A DNA stretch of 64,000 nt from Octopus vulgaris (Eukaryota). Where the stretch lies: NCBI GenBank assembly GCA_951406725.2, contig OX597825.1, positions 83,080,001 to 83,144,000 on the forward strand, written 5' to 3'. The position numbers were made by a program, and so were the translations under genes. The notes beneath the pieces are model-generated. The model worked only from the letters and a program-made list of their open reading frames with translations, was not told the DNA's origin and searched no databases. Of this stretch, positions 13,185-27,005 are shown piece after piece. Each line of letters opens with the position of its first letter. The first letter of the stretch is position 1.

Positions 13185-13597
13185 ACTCTTTTACTCTTTT
13201 ACTTGTTTCAGCCATTTGACTGCGGCCATGCTGGAGCATCGCCTTTAATCGAGCAACTCGACCCCGGGACTTATTCTTTTTTAAGCCCAGTACTCATTCT
13301 ATCGGTCTCTTTTACTGAACCGCTAAGTAACGGGGACATAAACACACCAGCATCGGTTGACAAGCAATGCTAGGGGGACAAACGCAGATACACAAACATA
13401 CACACACGTATATATATATATATATACATATATACGACGGGCTTCTTTTCAGTTTCCATCTACCAAATCCACTCACAAGGCTTTGGTCGGCCCGAGGCTA
13501 TAGTAGAAGACACTCGCCCAAGGTGCCACGCAGTGGGACTGAACCCGGAACCATGTGGTTGGTAAGCAAGAAACTTACCACACAGCCACTCCTGCGC
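13185..13597 (-). mobile_element. tRNA-derived SINE family B (CORE-like), full length
   Basis: Minus strand head GCAGGAGTGGCTGTGTGGTAAG...GGTTCAGTCCC, CORE-like GGCACCTTGGGCRAGTG, internal (TA)n(TG)n and (TAAAAGAG)n tail. TSD-like ATCCACTTTT at 13175 and 13600. Confidence 0.9.
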
Positions 13598-14689
13598 AAA
13601 TCCACTTTTTTAAATTTTATTTTCTCTTACTTTTTTTTTAATTGGAAAGTCTATGACATCCTGAACACATCGAAATTTGATTTCCGATCATATAAAATCC
13701 AAATATTATTTCAGCAAGTTTAAAGTGATTTTTGTTTGTACCGTAAACTATTTACCATTTCTGTAGTCCCACCACCACCACCACCACCACAACCACCACC
13801 ACTTTCCTTGAAGCTCTAAGCATGTGCTTATTTGGCTAAATGGTTAATCCAGCGCTGGATCTGAGTTCAAACCTTGTCGGGATTAATTTTCACTTTTAGC
13901 CTTTAGGATGTCATAAAATTGTGTCCTGATCTAGGGCCGTGGATTGGCGGAACTGTAGAGGGCGGGAGAATTACCAGGTGGAACCCGTTCTACTTCTTTC
14001 AGGTGTGACAGCAAACCTGAGTCAACGCTGGTGTTGAGCTGTATCGATCCAAGATGGCAGCTGTAACCATGGAAACATCAGTAGTATGGAGAGAAGAGTC
14101 TTGCCACGTTTCCTTAGAACAATGTTTTTCAGGGCTGCACATTCATATGACCTTTCGTCCCCTCACACATTGTGTGTGTGTATGTGTTTGCGTGTATCTG
14201 TTGGGCAGAACAATACTCTGTTTATTGACGTCAAGTCGCGGCATAAATAGGCAAGCGTCTTCTAAATCCGTGCGATCGCTTAACAGCTTCCAAGACCATG
14301 CCTTAACGAGGCACTGCAGGGTCCTTTTAACATATTTTCTGAGCAAACTCGACTGATGCAGCGTGACAGTATTGGGCCTTTGTAGTACAGATAAAGTGCA
14401 GCTGATGAGCTTTTACACAGTTTATGCTTTGCCAGCTGAAATCATGAGGCATGTCCATCCGAGTTTCTGGTAATATACACACACCCAAGATACGACGTTG
14501 TAGAATTGAACACGGAACTCATATTTGCGGAGTAAAGTTCTTAACCGTTCAGCCACGCATGGCAGAGTGTTTTGTAGACGTTTACTCATTCAATGTAATA
14601 TAGAAGCGTCACTGATTCTAGTTTTCTTACTTTTAGGTGTAACCCATCTTTCGTCACAAAGGCCGACTCACACTAGGTTAAGATTAAAA

Positions 14690-14975
14690 TACTTCCTTCC
14701 TTCCTTTCCTAATCCTTTTTGCCCCTTGTGAAGTATAGGACCTCAAGAGTTGTTTTCCACTTTTTGCGTTTATTGGCGTGTTCCTTGGGTGCTTCCCATG
14801 TCAGGCCGGTGGTCCTGAGCTCGTCCAAAATGCTCCGCTTCCATGTCTGCTTCGAGCTTCCTCCCTTCCTTTCCCTCTGCGGGTTCCAGTCAAGTGCTTG
14901 TTGTGTCACATTTGAGGGTTCTTTCCGCAGTGTCTGTCCGATCCATCTCCATTTCCTTCGTCTAATCTGAACATG
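14690..14975 (-). pseudogene. RTE-clade LINE 3' fragment
   Basis: IRRRKWRWIGQTLRK..NVTQQALDWNPQRERKGGSSKQTWKRS..W..ANKRKKWK, then a stop and a (GGAA)n tail. Confidence 0.85.
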
Positions 14976-15655
14976 TATGGGATAAAAATACACATGCTGA
15001 AAATCACGCGTAGCTGAACTAAACTAAGACCCGTTTGATCGAGGAACAAACTTCTTAACAACTGAGCCATTCTTGAATTCATTTAAACTACTCAAGCATG
15101 GCCCTTGTCTTGGAAGGCTCAGTTACTTGTGCTGTAATACAACAATGAATGTTCATGTAAGCTGAGGAGAGAGAGAGAGAGAGAGGGAGAGAGTGCGTGT
15201 GAGAGAGAGAGAGAGAGAGCTTAGTACTATGAGATTGTCTGAGAATTCATGCAGGTATATATAGGTGCATCGAATCTCTTAAATCTTTTGTTTGCTTTAA
15301 CCATTGGACCGCAGCTGTGCTTGGGCACCGCCTCGAAGTATTTAGTCGAACCAATCGACTCCCGTAATCATTTTTGTTATACGTCTACGACGTATTATTC
15401 TATCGGTTACTTTCTACTGAACCGATAGGTAAGTGATGCGTATGCAAACTAACATTGGTTTTTAATCACAGACTGTTTTGATCGAGGAGCAAACTTCTTA
15501 ACAACTGAGACATTCTTGAATTCATTTAAACTACTCATGTATGTACAAGGCCCCTGTTGTACAAAGAGAAACAAGACTGAATTTTGGGCCCTGAAAGTGG
15601 AAATTGCTCTGAAAATTAATAGGTGATTATAAAATCTTTCTTTTTCCTCTTTTAG

Positions 15656-15796
15656 GCAGGGACGAGAAAGATATTCAAGTGTTCTTCCCTGGATTTTTCA
15701 GAGTCCGGACCGATATACTGGCTTTCGTCCACCATTTCTTGAAGACCTTCTATATGTATGCACCGCACAGGCAAATGAAATCTACCTGAAACCAAC
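15656..15796 (+). other. Candidate internal exon of unknown gene
   Basis: Strong polypyrimidine tract and AG acceptor (TCTTTCTTTTTCCTCTTTTAG), 141 nt, one open frame, donor AAC|GTGAGA. No recognisable protein motif. Confidence 0.22.
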
Positions 15797-15964
15797 GTGA
15801 GAAACTCTAGGCGTTAGTCTGACCCGAGAATTGGGTTCGCAAACTGGAAACTATCGTTTAAAAAGGAAACGGTTAAAAAGAGGGGAAAATCACCAAAGTT
15901 GGAACATCTTTGATCAGTACGCCGATTAGTCATAACCGACATGGGGCTAAACAACAACAACCCC

Positions 15965-16030
15965 ATCATAATCATCATCATCATAATCATCATCATCATA
16001 ATCATCATCATCGTCATTGTCGTCTTCATC

Positions 16031-16062
<32 letters not shown>

Positions 16063-16224
16063 CATCCTCATCATCATCATCGTCATTGTCGTCTTCATCA
16101 TCAAAGATTTCGTCATCGTCGTCGTCGTCACCACCCTCATCGTAGTCATCATCATCATCATCATCGCTGCCGCCGACGCCACCACCATCGTCCTCGTCGC
16201 TGCCATCATCATCATCATCATCAT
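15965..16224. repeat. (CAT)n/(CGT)n microsatellite
   Basis: Direct reading. Confidence 0.95.
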
Positions 16225-18108
16225 TTCTATATGAACAAACTTTACAGCAACCATTTCGTTTCCTTCCGTTTCCCACAAAACCAAAATATTATTTTTACAC
16301 TTTAAGCTGCTTAGGGACATCCTAAGGGGTCGCTAGAAACAGCAGCCAAACAACTCATTTAACATACAACTAACATATCAGTAAAAGAAAGCGAAAAGTA
16401 TGTTAGATAATTTAGTCCAAGATATGCTATGCCTGGTATGTATATAAACAAAATAATAACAAACGTGATGGTCATAGTTGGAATACATTTGCTTATAAGA
16501 CCGTTGATCGAGGCCGACATGGGAGTTATGCGCCACCAATACAACAATAACAACAACAGCCACAACAACAACAACAACCATCAGGTTTTTGTGAGCCATC
16601 TACGAATACCATGTCGTTTTAATTGTTCAATATGCTAGAAACAAAAGCTAAACCTCCGGCAGATGACACACTGTCTTTAAAGAAGGAAGATACCACCAGA
16701 AAATTATGCAATCCTACGCCACTACCCCCACACATATAATTTCTTATTAATTTCAATCAGTGAACTGCAGCCATGCTGGAGCACCGCCTAGCAGGGATTT
16801 GGGTCGACCAAATCGTTCACAGTCCTTTTCTATTCTGTCGATCTTTATTGCCGGACAGCTTCGTTAGTGGGAACATAAACAAGCCCAAAAAGCTTTGAAC
16901 CGGCGCGGGGTGTGTGGGCGGGGTGGATTCAGACACAGACAAAAACACACATGTACACATACACACACACACACACAAGAATGCTCTCCCCGCATTTATA
17001 TATATATTAAAAAAAACCGCCTTCAAGGGTTTTTTAGTCCAATAAATCGACCCCAGGACTCATTCTTGTAAGCCTAACCCTTATTATATCGGTCTCTTTT
17101 ATTAAACCATTATGTTATGGGGACGTAAACACACCATCACCGGTTGTCAAGCGATGATGGGTAACGAATGCAGACAGAAAGACAGATACACAAACGCAGA
17201 CAGACAGACAGACAGACTGACAATCAGACAGACAGATAGAGAGATAGATAGATAAATAGATAGATAGATAGATGCAACGGGTTTCTTTCAGTTTCCGTCT
17301 ACCAGATCCTTTGACAAGGCTTTGGTCGCTCCGAGACTATACTAGAAGACACTCGGCCAAGGTGCCACGCAATGGAACTGAACACGGAACCATGTGGTTG
17401 TGAAGCAAGCTTCTCACCACACAGCCACGCCTATTTTCCAATAAAAGACGAGGTGGTCACCTATGCAATGCACCTTTGATCAGGTAGGTCATGTAAAAAT
17501 AACCGAAATTATAACAATTTAGCAACGTTCCCAATACCTTCTCATATTTCCCTTACATTTCCATAACCCTCTTCTACCTTTAGACCCACGCCGCCCTCAC
17601 CGTGCTAAACTGTATTCCTTACATGTTGTGAAGGTAGGAACTTTAACATGCACTCTACCGTTGGCCCTTTATGCTTTAGTTCCTTCACCGGTCTTGTTAG
17701 GTAAGAACTTCAAAGAATATTGTGTAGCTATTATAAGGATAAGACTACCTAGGGTCGTACGTATAAAAGGAACAAAAGAAACCCAGTAAGAACAAAAGGA
17801 AAGTACGACTTCCAGAGGATTTGAACTCGCAATATTAATGGCAGCATGATGAACCGTGACCTCAAACTTCTATTCTATAAGCTTCCTTTCATCTTTCAGA
17901 TCTGCTGAAGTGATATCCATTTACTCTTTTGACGGTTTTAGTCAATGAGTTGCAGCCAAGCTGGAGCACTGCATTACGTGCAACAACAGGCAGACAAATA
18001 AATAAATAAATAAAGGAATAAATAAAATGGAAAAAAAAATCACTCACAAAATATATATATTGAACAGAAATGAATAGCTCTTGAAATTTTGTATAATTGA
18101 ATAAGGAA

Positions 18109-18154
<46 letters not shown>

Positions 18155-18157
<3 letters not shown>

Positions 18158-18567
18158 TCTTTACTCTTTTACTCTTTTACTTGTTTCAGTCATTTGACTG
18201 CGGCCATGCTGGAGCACCGCCTTTAGTCGAGCAAATCGACCCCGGGACTTATTCTTTGTAAGCCCAGTACTTATTCTATCGGTCTCTTTTCCCGAACCGC
18301 TAAGTAACGGGGACGTAAACACACCAGCATCTGTTGTCAAGCAATGCTAGGGGGACAAACACAGACACACAAACACACACATACATATATATACATATAC
18401 ATATATACGACAGGCTTCTTTCAGTTTCCGTCTACCAAATCCACTCACAAGGCATTGGTCGGCCCGGGGCTATAGCAGAAGACACCTGCCCAAGATGCCA
18501 CACAGTGGGACTGAACCCGGAACCATGTGGTTGGTTAGCAAGCTACTTACCACACAGCCACTCCTGT
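18155..18567 (-). mobile_element. SINE family B, full length
   Basis: Near-identical to 13185-13597. Inserted in a TA-rich tract. Confidence 0.9.
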
Positions 18568-18893
18568 ATACATACATATACAAGGGCGAACAGATACGCG
18601 CGCACACACACAAAAATATACGCACACATACACAACTCCTCCCCCTCATACACACACGCACACACACACACACGCACATATATATATAGCTTATTTTGGT
18701 TCTGGGATTCCCTCTCTGATACTAAAACGCGGTTCTTATGATGTTTCGCTGGTGAACGTCATTAGTGAAGAATCGCAAAACTACGAGTAGCATCAGTGAG
18801 TATCCTCACCAATGTAAGGAGTATAATATACCGCTTCACAATGTCTTTTTTTATTGAGTACTCTTACCCTCTTTTCGTAAGTTAATCGTAATA

Positions 18894-18927
<34 letters not shown>

Positions 18928-18997
18928 CGTCTTGGTGTGTGTGTGTGTTCGTGAGTGTGTGTGTGTAAAAATATATATTATGTATATATGTATATAT

Positions 18998-19107
<110 letters not shown>

Positions 19108-19715
19108 ATATATACATATATACATATATATATATATATATGTATATACATGTAGATTGATTGATAGAGAGATAAATATAGTTATATATTTGTAGATGTA
19201 TATATATGTAAAACTCTAATAACAATAATAACAATAATAACAATAATAATAACAATAATGATAATAATAATAACAACAATAATAATAATACATTAGTTTT
19301 TGTAAAAATATTGTTTAAGTTATTTTCCTAATAATGTAATAAACGCAATTATCATTAAAAAATACAATTAGCATTGAAAGAAAAAATAATAAAATAAAAT
19401 AGAATTAATTAGCTACTTTTATAATTTCTTTTTTAAATACATCTCATGAACACCAGAAACAATATTATTTATATTCGTACAACAACAACAACAACAATAG
19501 CAGCAGCAGCAACAACAACAACAATAATTTTTAGAAGCAAAATATTTAAATGAAGATTTCAGTGTTAAACTAGGGAAAGTGTACACTCACCAAGCGTCCA
19601 TATATAGCTAATGATCATCCGTAGATGCTTGCCTGTCCTTACTGCTTAGTTATTGGAATATAGCAACTTTTATCTCAAACATATGTTGTGTGTGTTTGGG
19701 AAACACCTCAACAGC

Positions 19716-19734
19716 GAGCGCCCCCTCTTGTCGG
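19716..19734 (-). promoter_or_regulatory. CTCF-like motif
   Basis: Minus strand CCGACAAGAGGGGGCGCTC resembles the CCASYAGRKGGCRS consensus (11 of 14 core positions) and lies in a unique CpG-rich island. Confidence 0.35.
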
Positions 19735-19872
19735 TAATATGAACTTCGCTGCGCTTGTCATATCAGCAGCGTCTAGGCATGTGGCTGGAATCCGTCACGG
19801 GAAAAATATTGGTCATTCAGCGATGCAGGATGTAAAGTGTTCACTCGGTCGCAACGAGATGGATAGACAGAC

Positions 19873-19955
<83 letters not shown>

Positions 19956-20520
19956 TAAATAGAGAGTTAGATAGATGAATAGATAGATGGAGAGAGAGAG
20001 AGAGGAATAGAGATAGACAGAAGGATAGACAGATAGATTGATAGAGGGATGGATGGATCGATGGATGGATGAATAGATGTGTTATATTAATGTTTGCATA
20101 GGTAATTAGGAGGGTGGGTGGGGAGGTACGTATAATGATATGTCACAGAGTATGTATATATGCAATGTATATACGTATATATGAATATAAGATATATATG
20201 TATATATATATGGTATGTGTATGTATATATATATATGTGTGTGTATGTGTATAAATATATATATATATATGTGTGTGTGTGTATGTGTATATATATATGT
20301 GTGTGTGTGTATATCTATATATGTGTGTGTGTATATATATATATATAATTGTATATGTATGTATATAAGGGGTGAGAGAGTGAGAAGGAGGGGGAAATAG
20401 GTGGGTAGGTATTCAGGTAGCTAGGAAATGCAGTTGGGTGCGTTGGTAGATACGCAGATAGGTAAGTGTGTATGTATGTATGTATGTAGGTAGGTGTGTA
20501 GGAGTGTATGTATGAAAGTA

Positions 20521-20562
<42 letters not shown>

Positions 20563-21183
20563 GATAAGTTAGAATGGATGATTGTAAGTTGATAGATAGA
20601 TAGATATATATAGATAGATTTGCATGCAGATAGAATATTTTACAGAGATATCTAAGTAGGTGCTACTTGGAGAGGTATGCAGGGAGGGTGTCGTAGGTCG
20701 ATGGGTAGACCGACAGTTAAATACGTGCGGGTAAGTAGTTAGACAAATAATTATATAAATAGGTATGCAGATCGATTGATCGATAGATAGATAGGTGGAA
20801 GATTGATTGATAAGCGAACTGATAGGGTGCTGTAGACAGTAGTGATATATATATATATGTATATATATGTACGTATGTATATATGTATATACTTGTAGAG
20901 TCAGTTAGTAGTATAGTAGTAGATAGAGGGGATTCTATGGGTGGTGGATGGGGAAGAAGGGTGGGGGTGGATAGATGTATCAATTGAGGTTTCTGATTGG
21001 TTGATTGTAAATTAAAGAATCAACGTGAAACGAGTAGAGTAAGACTGAAGGATAGAGAGAAAGATAGAAGGATAGAGAGAGAGAGAGAGAGAGAGAGAAT
21101 TGGGGATAAGGCAGAGATAGTGAAAGAGAGAGAGAGAGAGTGGGGGGGATATGTGTAAATGATAGCTAAACAGAAAGAGAAAA

Positions 21184-21215
<32 letters not shown>

Positions 21216-21285
21216 TGGGAGGTTGATTGAGAATGAAAGATTTTGCATCGAAGAGAAAAATGTTCATGTGCGTGTGTGCGTGCGT

Positions 21286-21320
<35 letters not shown>

Positions 21321-21612
21321 AGATTCAAACAGAGCTAGTGTGTGTGTGTGTATGCGTGTGTTGATCAGCGTATGTGAACGTTTGCGAATGCATGCGTGAA
21401 TATGCGTGCGTGTGTGTGTGTGTGTGTGTGTGTATGCTATGCATCTAAGCATCTCTGTGCATGTTTAATTATATAGGTTTCTTGAAACAAACAGGATAAA
21501 GAGAACTCGATAAATGAGTAAAAGCCTCTATATGTATGTATGTGTATGTCACTCTCTACCCCTCTCTCTCACCCCTTCTATCTATTTATCTATCTCTCTA
21601 TTAAGCTATCTA

Positions 21613-21649
<37 letters not shown>

Positions 21650-21766
21650 CACTTTTTAATCGGTAAAAAGTCGTATGCGAGCGCGTGGCTTTTGGTATAT
21701 GTACTTGCATGTGCGTGTGTGTGAGTGTGTGTGTGAGTGTGTGTGTGTGTGTGTGAGTGTGTGTAT

Positions 21767-21813
<47 letters not shown>

Positions 21814-21814
21814 T

Positions 21815-21855
<41 letters not shown>

Positions 21856-22132
21856 TCAGTCAGTTTGTGAATGAAGCTGTTGCGTTTCTGTGGCGAAGAG
21901 GTTCAACGCGGGTGTGAATTGAATGAAAAGAAGAACACGAAGAGCGACCGACGATGAACGATTGCGATAGTAGGAAGAACTGGGGGAGGGGGGTTCTTAC
22001 AAAACAAAAGGACTTTGCGTAGTAGTAGTAGTAGTAGTAACGGAGAGCAGATGAAGCGCCTGAAAACGGATGTGGCAAATGAATACGGTTGGATGGCGGC
22101 GGCTGAAAATGACAACAAAAACATCATTCGAT

Positions 22133-22447
22133 CTTCTTCTTCTTCTTCTTCTTCTTCTTCTTCTTCTTCTTCTTCTTCTTCTTCTTCTTCTTTTTCTCCT
22201 TCTTCTTCTTCTTCTTCTTCTTCTTCTTCTCCTTCTTCTTCTTCTCCTTCTTCTTCTTCTTCTTCTTCTTCTTCTTCTCCTTCTTCTTCTTCTTCTTCTT
22301 CTTCTTCTTCTTCTTCTTCTTCTTCTTCTCCTTCTTCTTCTTCTTCTTCTTCTTCTTCTTCTTCGTCTTCTTCTCCTTCTTCTTCTTCTCCTCCTCCTCC
22401 TTCTCCTCCTCCTCCTTCATCTTCTTCTTCTCCTCCTCCTCCTCCTC

Positions 22448-22478
<31 letters not shown>

Positions 22479-22495
22479 TTCTTCTTATTCTTCTT

Positions 22496-22526
<31 letters not shown>

Positions 22527-22543
22527 TTATTATTATTATTATT
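22133..22543. repeat. (TCT)n/(CCT)n polypyrimidine microsatellite
   Basis: Direct reading. Similar purine/pyrimidine tracts at 8058-8190 and about 54100-54790. Confidence 0.98.
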
Positions 22544-22789
22544 ACGGCAGCGTGCTGGCAGAATCGTTATGCAAGACGAGCGAAATGCCGCTCTAGTCTA
22601 GGTATTTCGTCCGTCTTCATGTTCTGAGTTAAAATTCCACCGAGGTCGACTTTGCCTTTCATCCTTTCGGGGATGATAAATTAAGTACCAGTTGCGTACA
22701 GGGGTCGATCTAATCGATTTACCCTCTCCCCAGAAAATTTCGGGCCTTGTGCCTATTTACTGAAAGGATTATCATCATCATCATCATCA

Positions 22790-22862
<73 letters not shown>

Positions 22863-22896
22863 CATCATTTCATTATTATTATTATTATTATTATTA

Positions 22897-23450
22897 TTGA
22901 GTGAGAGAGCAGTTCATGCCATCAAAGTGACACTGGGGTAAAATATACGAAGCCCAATATACCCATCATGACTACCCGTCTGATAAAGGTACACCAGGCA
23001 CATGCATCACAACCATATGTGCGCGACATGGTGATCTCATATCAAGATAAACAGCACATGACCTTGCAGGTAGGGCCCAGTTAGAATTTTCTTCAGGTTG
23101 AGTAGCCCATCCCGCTCAAACGGTCCCTGAATAAGGGTTGTTTAAGGATGTTGAAAGAACCACCCATGTTTCCAGAGGTGAACTATTCAAACCCCAAAGA
23201 ATCCCTCTCAACACATGGCTATGATGCTCCCCCACTACATCTACTCGTGATCAGAGATGCACATATCGTCAGCCACTAAGGGACATGCTCAACTGGTTAA
23301 GGTCAAACAACTGACAAGCAAATCTGTGGTATTGAGCAGAATATTTGCTGTAGCCCATCTTTTATACCAAGACAAACAATGTACATGATAACACTCCCAA
23401 TCAGTTAAGATCAGAAGCCATGAGAGCCACTGCCTGGTACTGCATCAGGG

Positions 23451-23454
<4 letters not shown>
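22897..23454 (-). mobile_element. ~560-bp (TAA)n-associated element, copy 2
   Basis: Full-length reverse complement copy with (TTA)n on both sides. Confidence 0.9.
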
Positions 23455-24229
<775 letters not shown>

Positions 24230-24497
24230 GGAAAACTATATACTTGCTTTCATGTAAATCTGTTTATGTTATTAAACGTTAGGGAAAGAGAGAAATAGAG
24301 GAAGCCAGAAGAATAAGAGAATAAATGAATGAGAGAATAGACGAATAGCCAAGGAAGGAAACAAAAAAAAAAGCTGGAATCGACAAAGGGATAAATTATT
24401 TGTGTGTGTGTGTGTGTGTAGGTAGGTGTGGGTGTGTATTAAGAAGCTTGCTGCCCAACCACACGTTTCCGGGTTCAGTCCCACTGCGTGGTATCTT

Positions 24498-24792
24498 GAC
24501 CGGCCAGACTATCAGATGTTGCGATACATCGCTGGTCACAATGCGCTTCGCATTGTTTTCGCCTTCACATCACGCCACCCCGCTGGCTAAGCGAGCAGTC
24601 CAACAGAAGGAAAAGTGAGAGAAATTTGTGGCGAAACAGTACAGCAGAAATCGCCAGCAACCCCTGCCGGAGCCTTGTGGAGTTTTAGGCGTTTTCGCTC
24701 AATAAACACTCACAATGCCCTGTCTGGGAATCGAAACCGCGATACTACGACCGCGAATCCGCTGCCCTAACCACCGGGCCATTGCGCCCCAC
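24498..24792 (-). mobile_element. Third tRNA-derived SINE (family C)
   Basis: Minus strand head GGCGCAATGGCCCGGTGGTTAGGGCAGCGG...GGTTTCGATTCCC with A and B boxes, followed by a non-tRNA body. A 3' tip homologue lies at about 4440-4482. Confidence 0.75.
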
Positions 24793-25189
24793 CCCAGACA
24801 TATATATGTATGTATATGTATGTATGGGCATGTATATGTATATGTATATAAGTGTGTGTTTCTTTGTATCTACGTACGCACATAATCGTGTATATGTATG
24901 CAATGTTATTGCAGATTCGACCGCATGTCTGCAATATTTGCTTAAGGATCAATGATGCTCCAGCCATGCCTAACCTTATTGAGGTATGGTAGTAGTGTAG
25001 TCCGGAACTTCGCTTCATGACCATGATTTTCATGTTCGATATCCAATGGAAAATGATCTAGTGCCTTTAATTATAGCTTCGGATGGACAAGTGTTTTGGT
25101 GGAATATAACGACGGAAGTTCTGAAAGAAACACGTGTATGCATGTATGTATGTGTGCGTATGCGAGTGTATATACCTACTTATATACGC

Positions 25190-25300
<111 letters not shown>

Positions 25301-26340
25301 TATGGTGATGTGCATGTATTTTTTCCCCACCACTGCTTGGCAACCGGTGTTAATGCGTTTACAAACCCTGAAATTAGCAGGTCGACGAAAGACACAGATA
25401 GAAAAAGTACCAGATTTTAGAAGAAATTAGTCCAGGGATCGATTCTTGGAGCTAAAATTCTTCAAGGAGGTGCCCCAGCATGGCCGCAGTCTACTGACTG
25501 AAACAAGTAAAAGATAGAAGATAAATGATAAAAGCGATTACACTAAAACACATTTTGTGGCTGGTAACAAGAATAATGCGTTTAACGAATGAAGTCCGTC
25601 GTTGCGTTAGAGAGACACAAAAAAAAATAAAACAATCGGAAGAGCAAAAAACTCCATAAAACAAACAACAGTATTTTTCACCTGAAAATGAACTCGATCA
25701 GTAATAAGAACAATATCAATAAATAATAAAAAGAAGATATTATGCGGATTATTTCCTGAATCAATAGACAAGATTAACAGAAACTCAAGTGGTCAGGGAT
25801 TAATTAAGAAAATATTTGGCGTTAAAAGAAAAATTCTTTAATATTTTATTAATAAAGGCAAGGAATTGCTTTGTTCTTATTTTTTATTGAGACTAAGAAA
25901 TATTGCAAACGAAAGAATATTAAGTCGTGTAAATTATAAGAAGAATATGTAAATCCTAACTTTATATTTCATCCTTGTTTAATCGGATTTCTTCAGACTG
26001 GACGTTGCAGATAATCTTTAGACCAATCATGTACGTATAACTGATTGCAGAAATCCTCTACGAACATTGCTACTTTTGTTTAAACAGAGAGAGAGAGAGG
26101 GGGGAGGAGAGAGCGAGAGTGGGAGTGACTGACAAACATACATACAGACATACAGACAGACAGACAGATGTGGGGCCGTTATCATCAAGGAGACAAAAGT
26201 TGGCGGTCCAGATATCGATAAATTTGGAAAGTTTATTTGAAAAGATTAAAGTTAAGATAATTTTTAAGTATTGAAAGTTGAACAGGAAATTACTAAATTT
26301 GGAATGATATTTCGAAATTCGATTTAAAAAAATTAATAAC

Positions 26341-26622
26341 GCAGGAGAAGCTGTGGTAAGTAGCTTGCTAACTAACCACATGGTTCCGGGTTCAGTCCCA
26401 CTGTGTGGCACCTTGGGCAGTCTTTAATTTCCTTACGAATTTCATTTTATTAAGAATCCATACATTGTGTATACATACATACACACACACACACATACAT
26501 TACGGGTTCAGTCCCACCGTGTGACATCTTGGGCAAGTGTCTTCTACTATAGCCCCGGGTCGACCAATGCCTTGTGAGTGGATTTGGTAGACGGAAACTG
26601 AAAGAAGCCTGTCGTATATATG

Positions 26623-26657
<35 letters not shown>

Positions 26658-26855
26658 TTGTCCCCCTAGCATTGCTTGACAACCGATGCTGGTGTGTTTA
26701 CGTCCCCGTCACTTAGCGGTTCGGCAAAAGAGACCGATAGAATAAGTACTGGGCTTACATAAGAATAAGTCCTGGGGTTGATTTGCTCGACTAAAGGCGG
26801 TGCTCCAGCCTGGCCGCAGTAAAATGACTGAAACAAGTAAAAGAAAAGAAAAAGA
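26341..26855 (+). mobile_element. SINE family B: head fragment (26341-26420) and near-full copy (26503-26855)
   Basis: Same consensus. Further B copies or fragments at about 5518-5657, 17020-17432, 24420-24497, 25325-25530, 40105-40380, 44192-44400, 44790-45208, 48325-48540, 51830-52130, 53530-53665, 53714-54012 and 59355-59590. Confidence 0.85.
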
Positions 26856-27005
26856 GAGAAAGAAATAATTTCCATTGAAAACATACAAATATAAATTGTG
26901 ATAAATCATCTCAGTTTTGTGTAAATGGGTTTTTTTAAAGGTCACCATGCCGTAGAATGTATAATTCATCAGGTTGTAAGTTTAAACAATAGTATCAATA
27001 CAAAA

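Noticed and set aside
14402-14450. CTGATGA...GAAA hammerhead candidate
   Set aside because: Helix II only forms by consuming A9, there is no UH after helix III, and there is no helix I.
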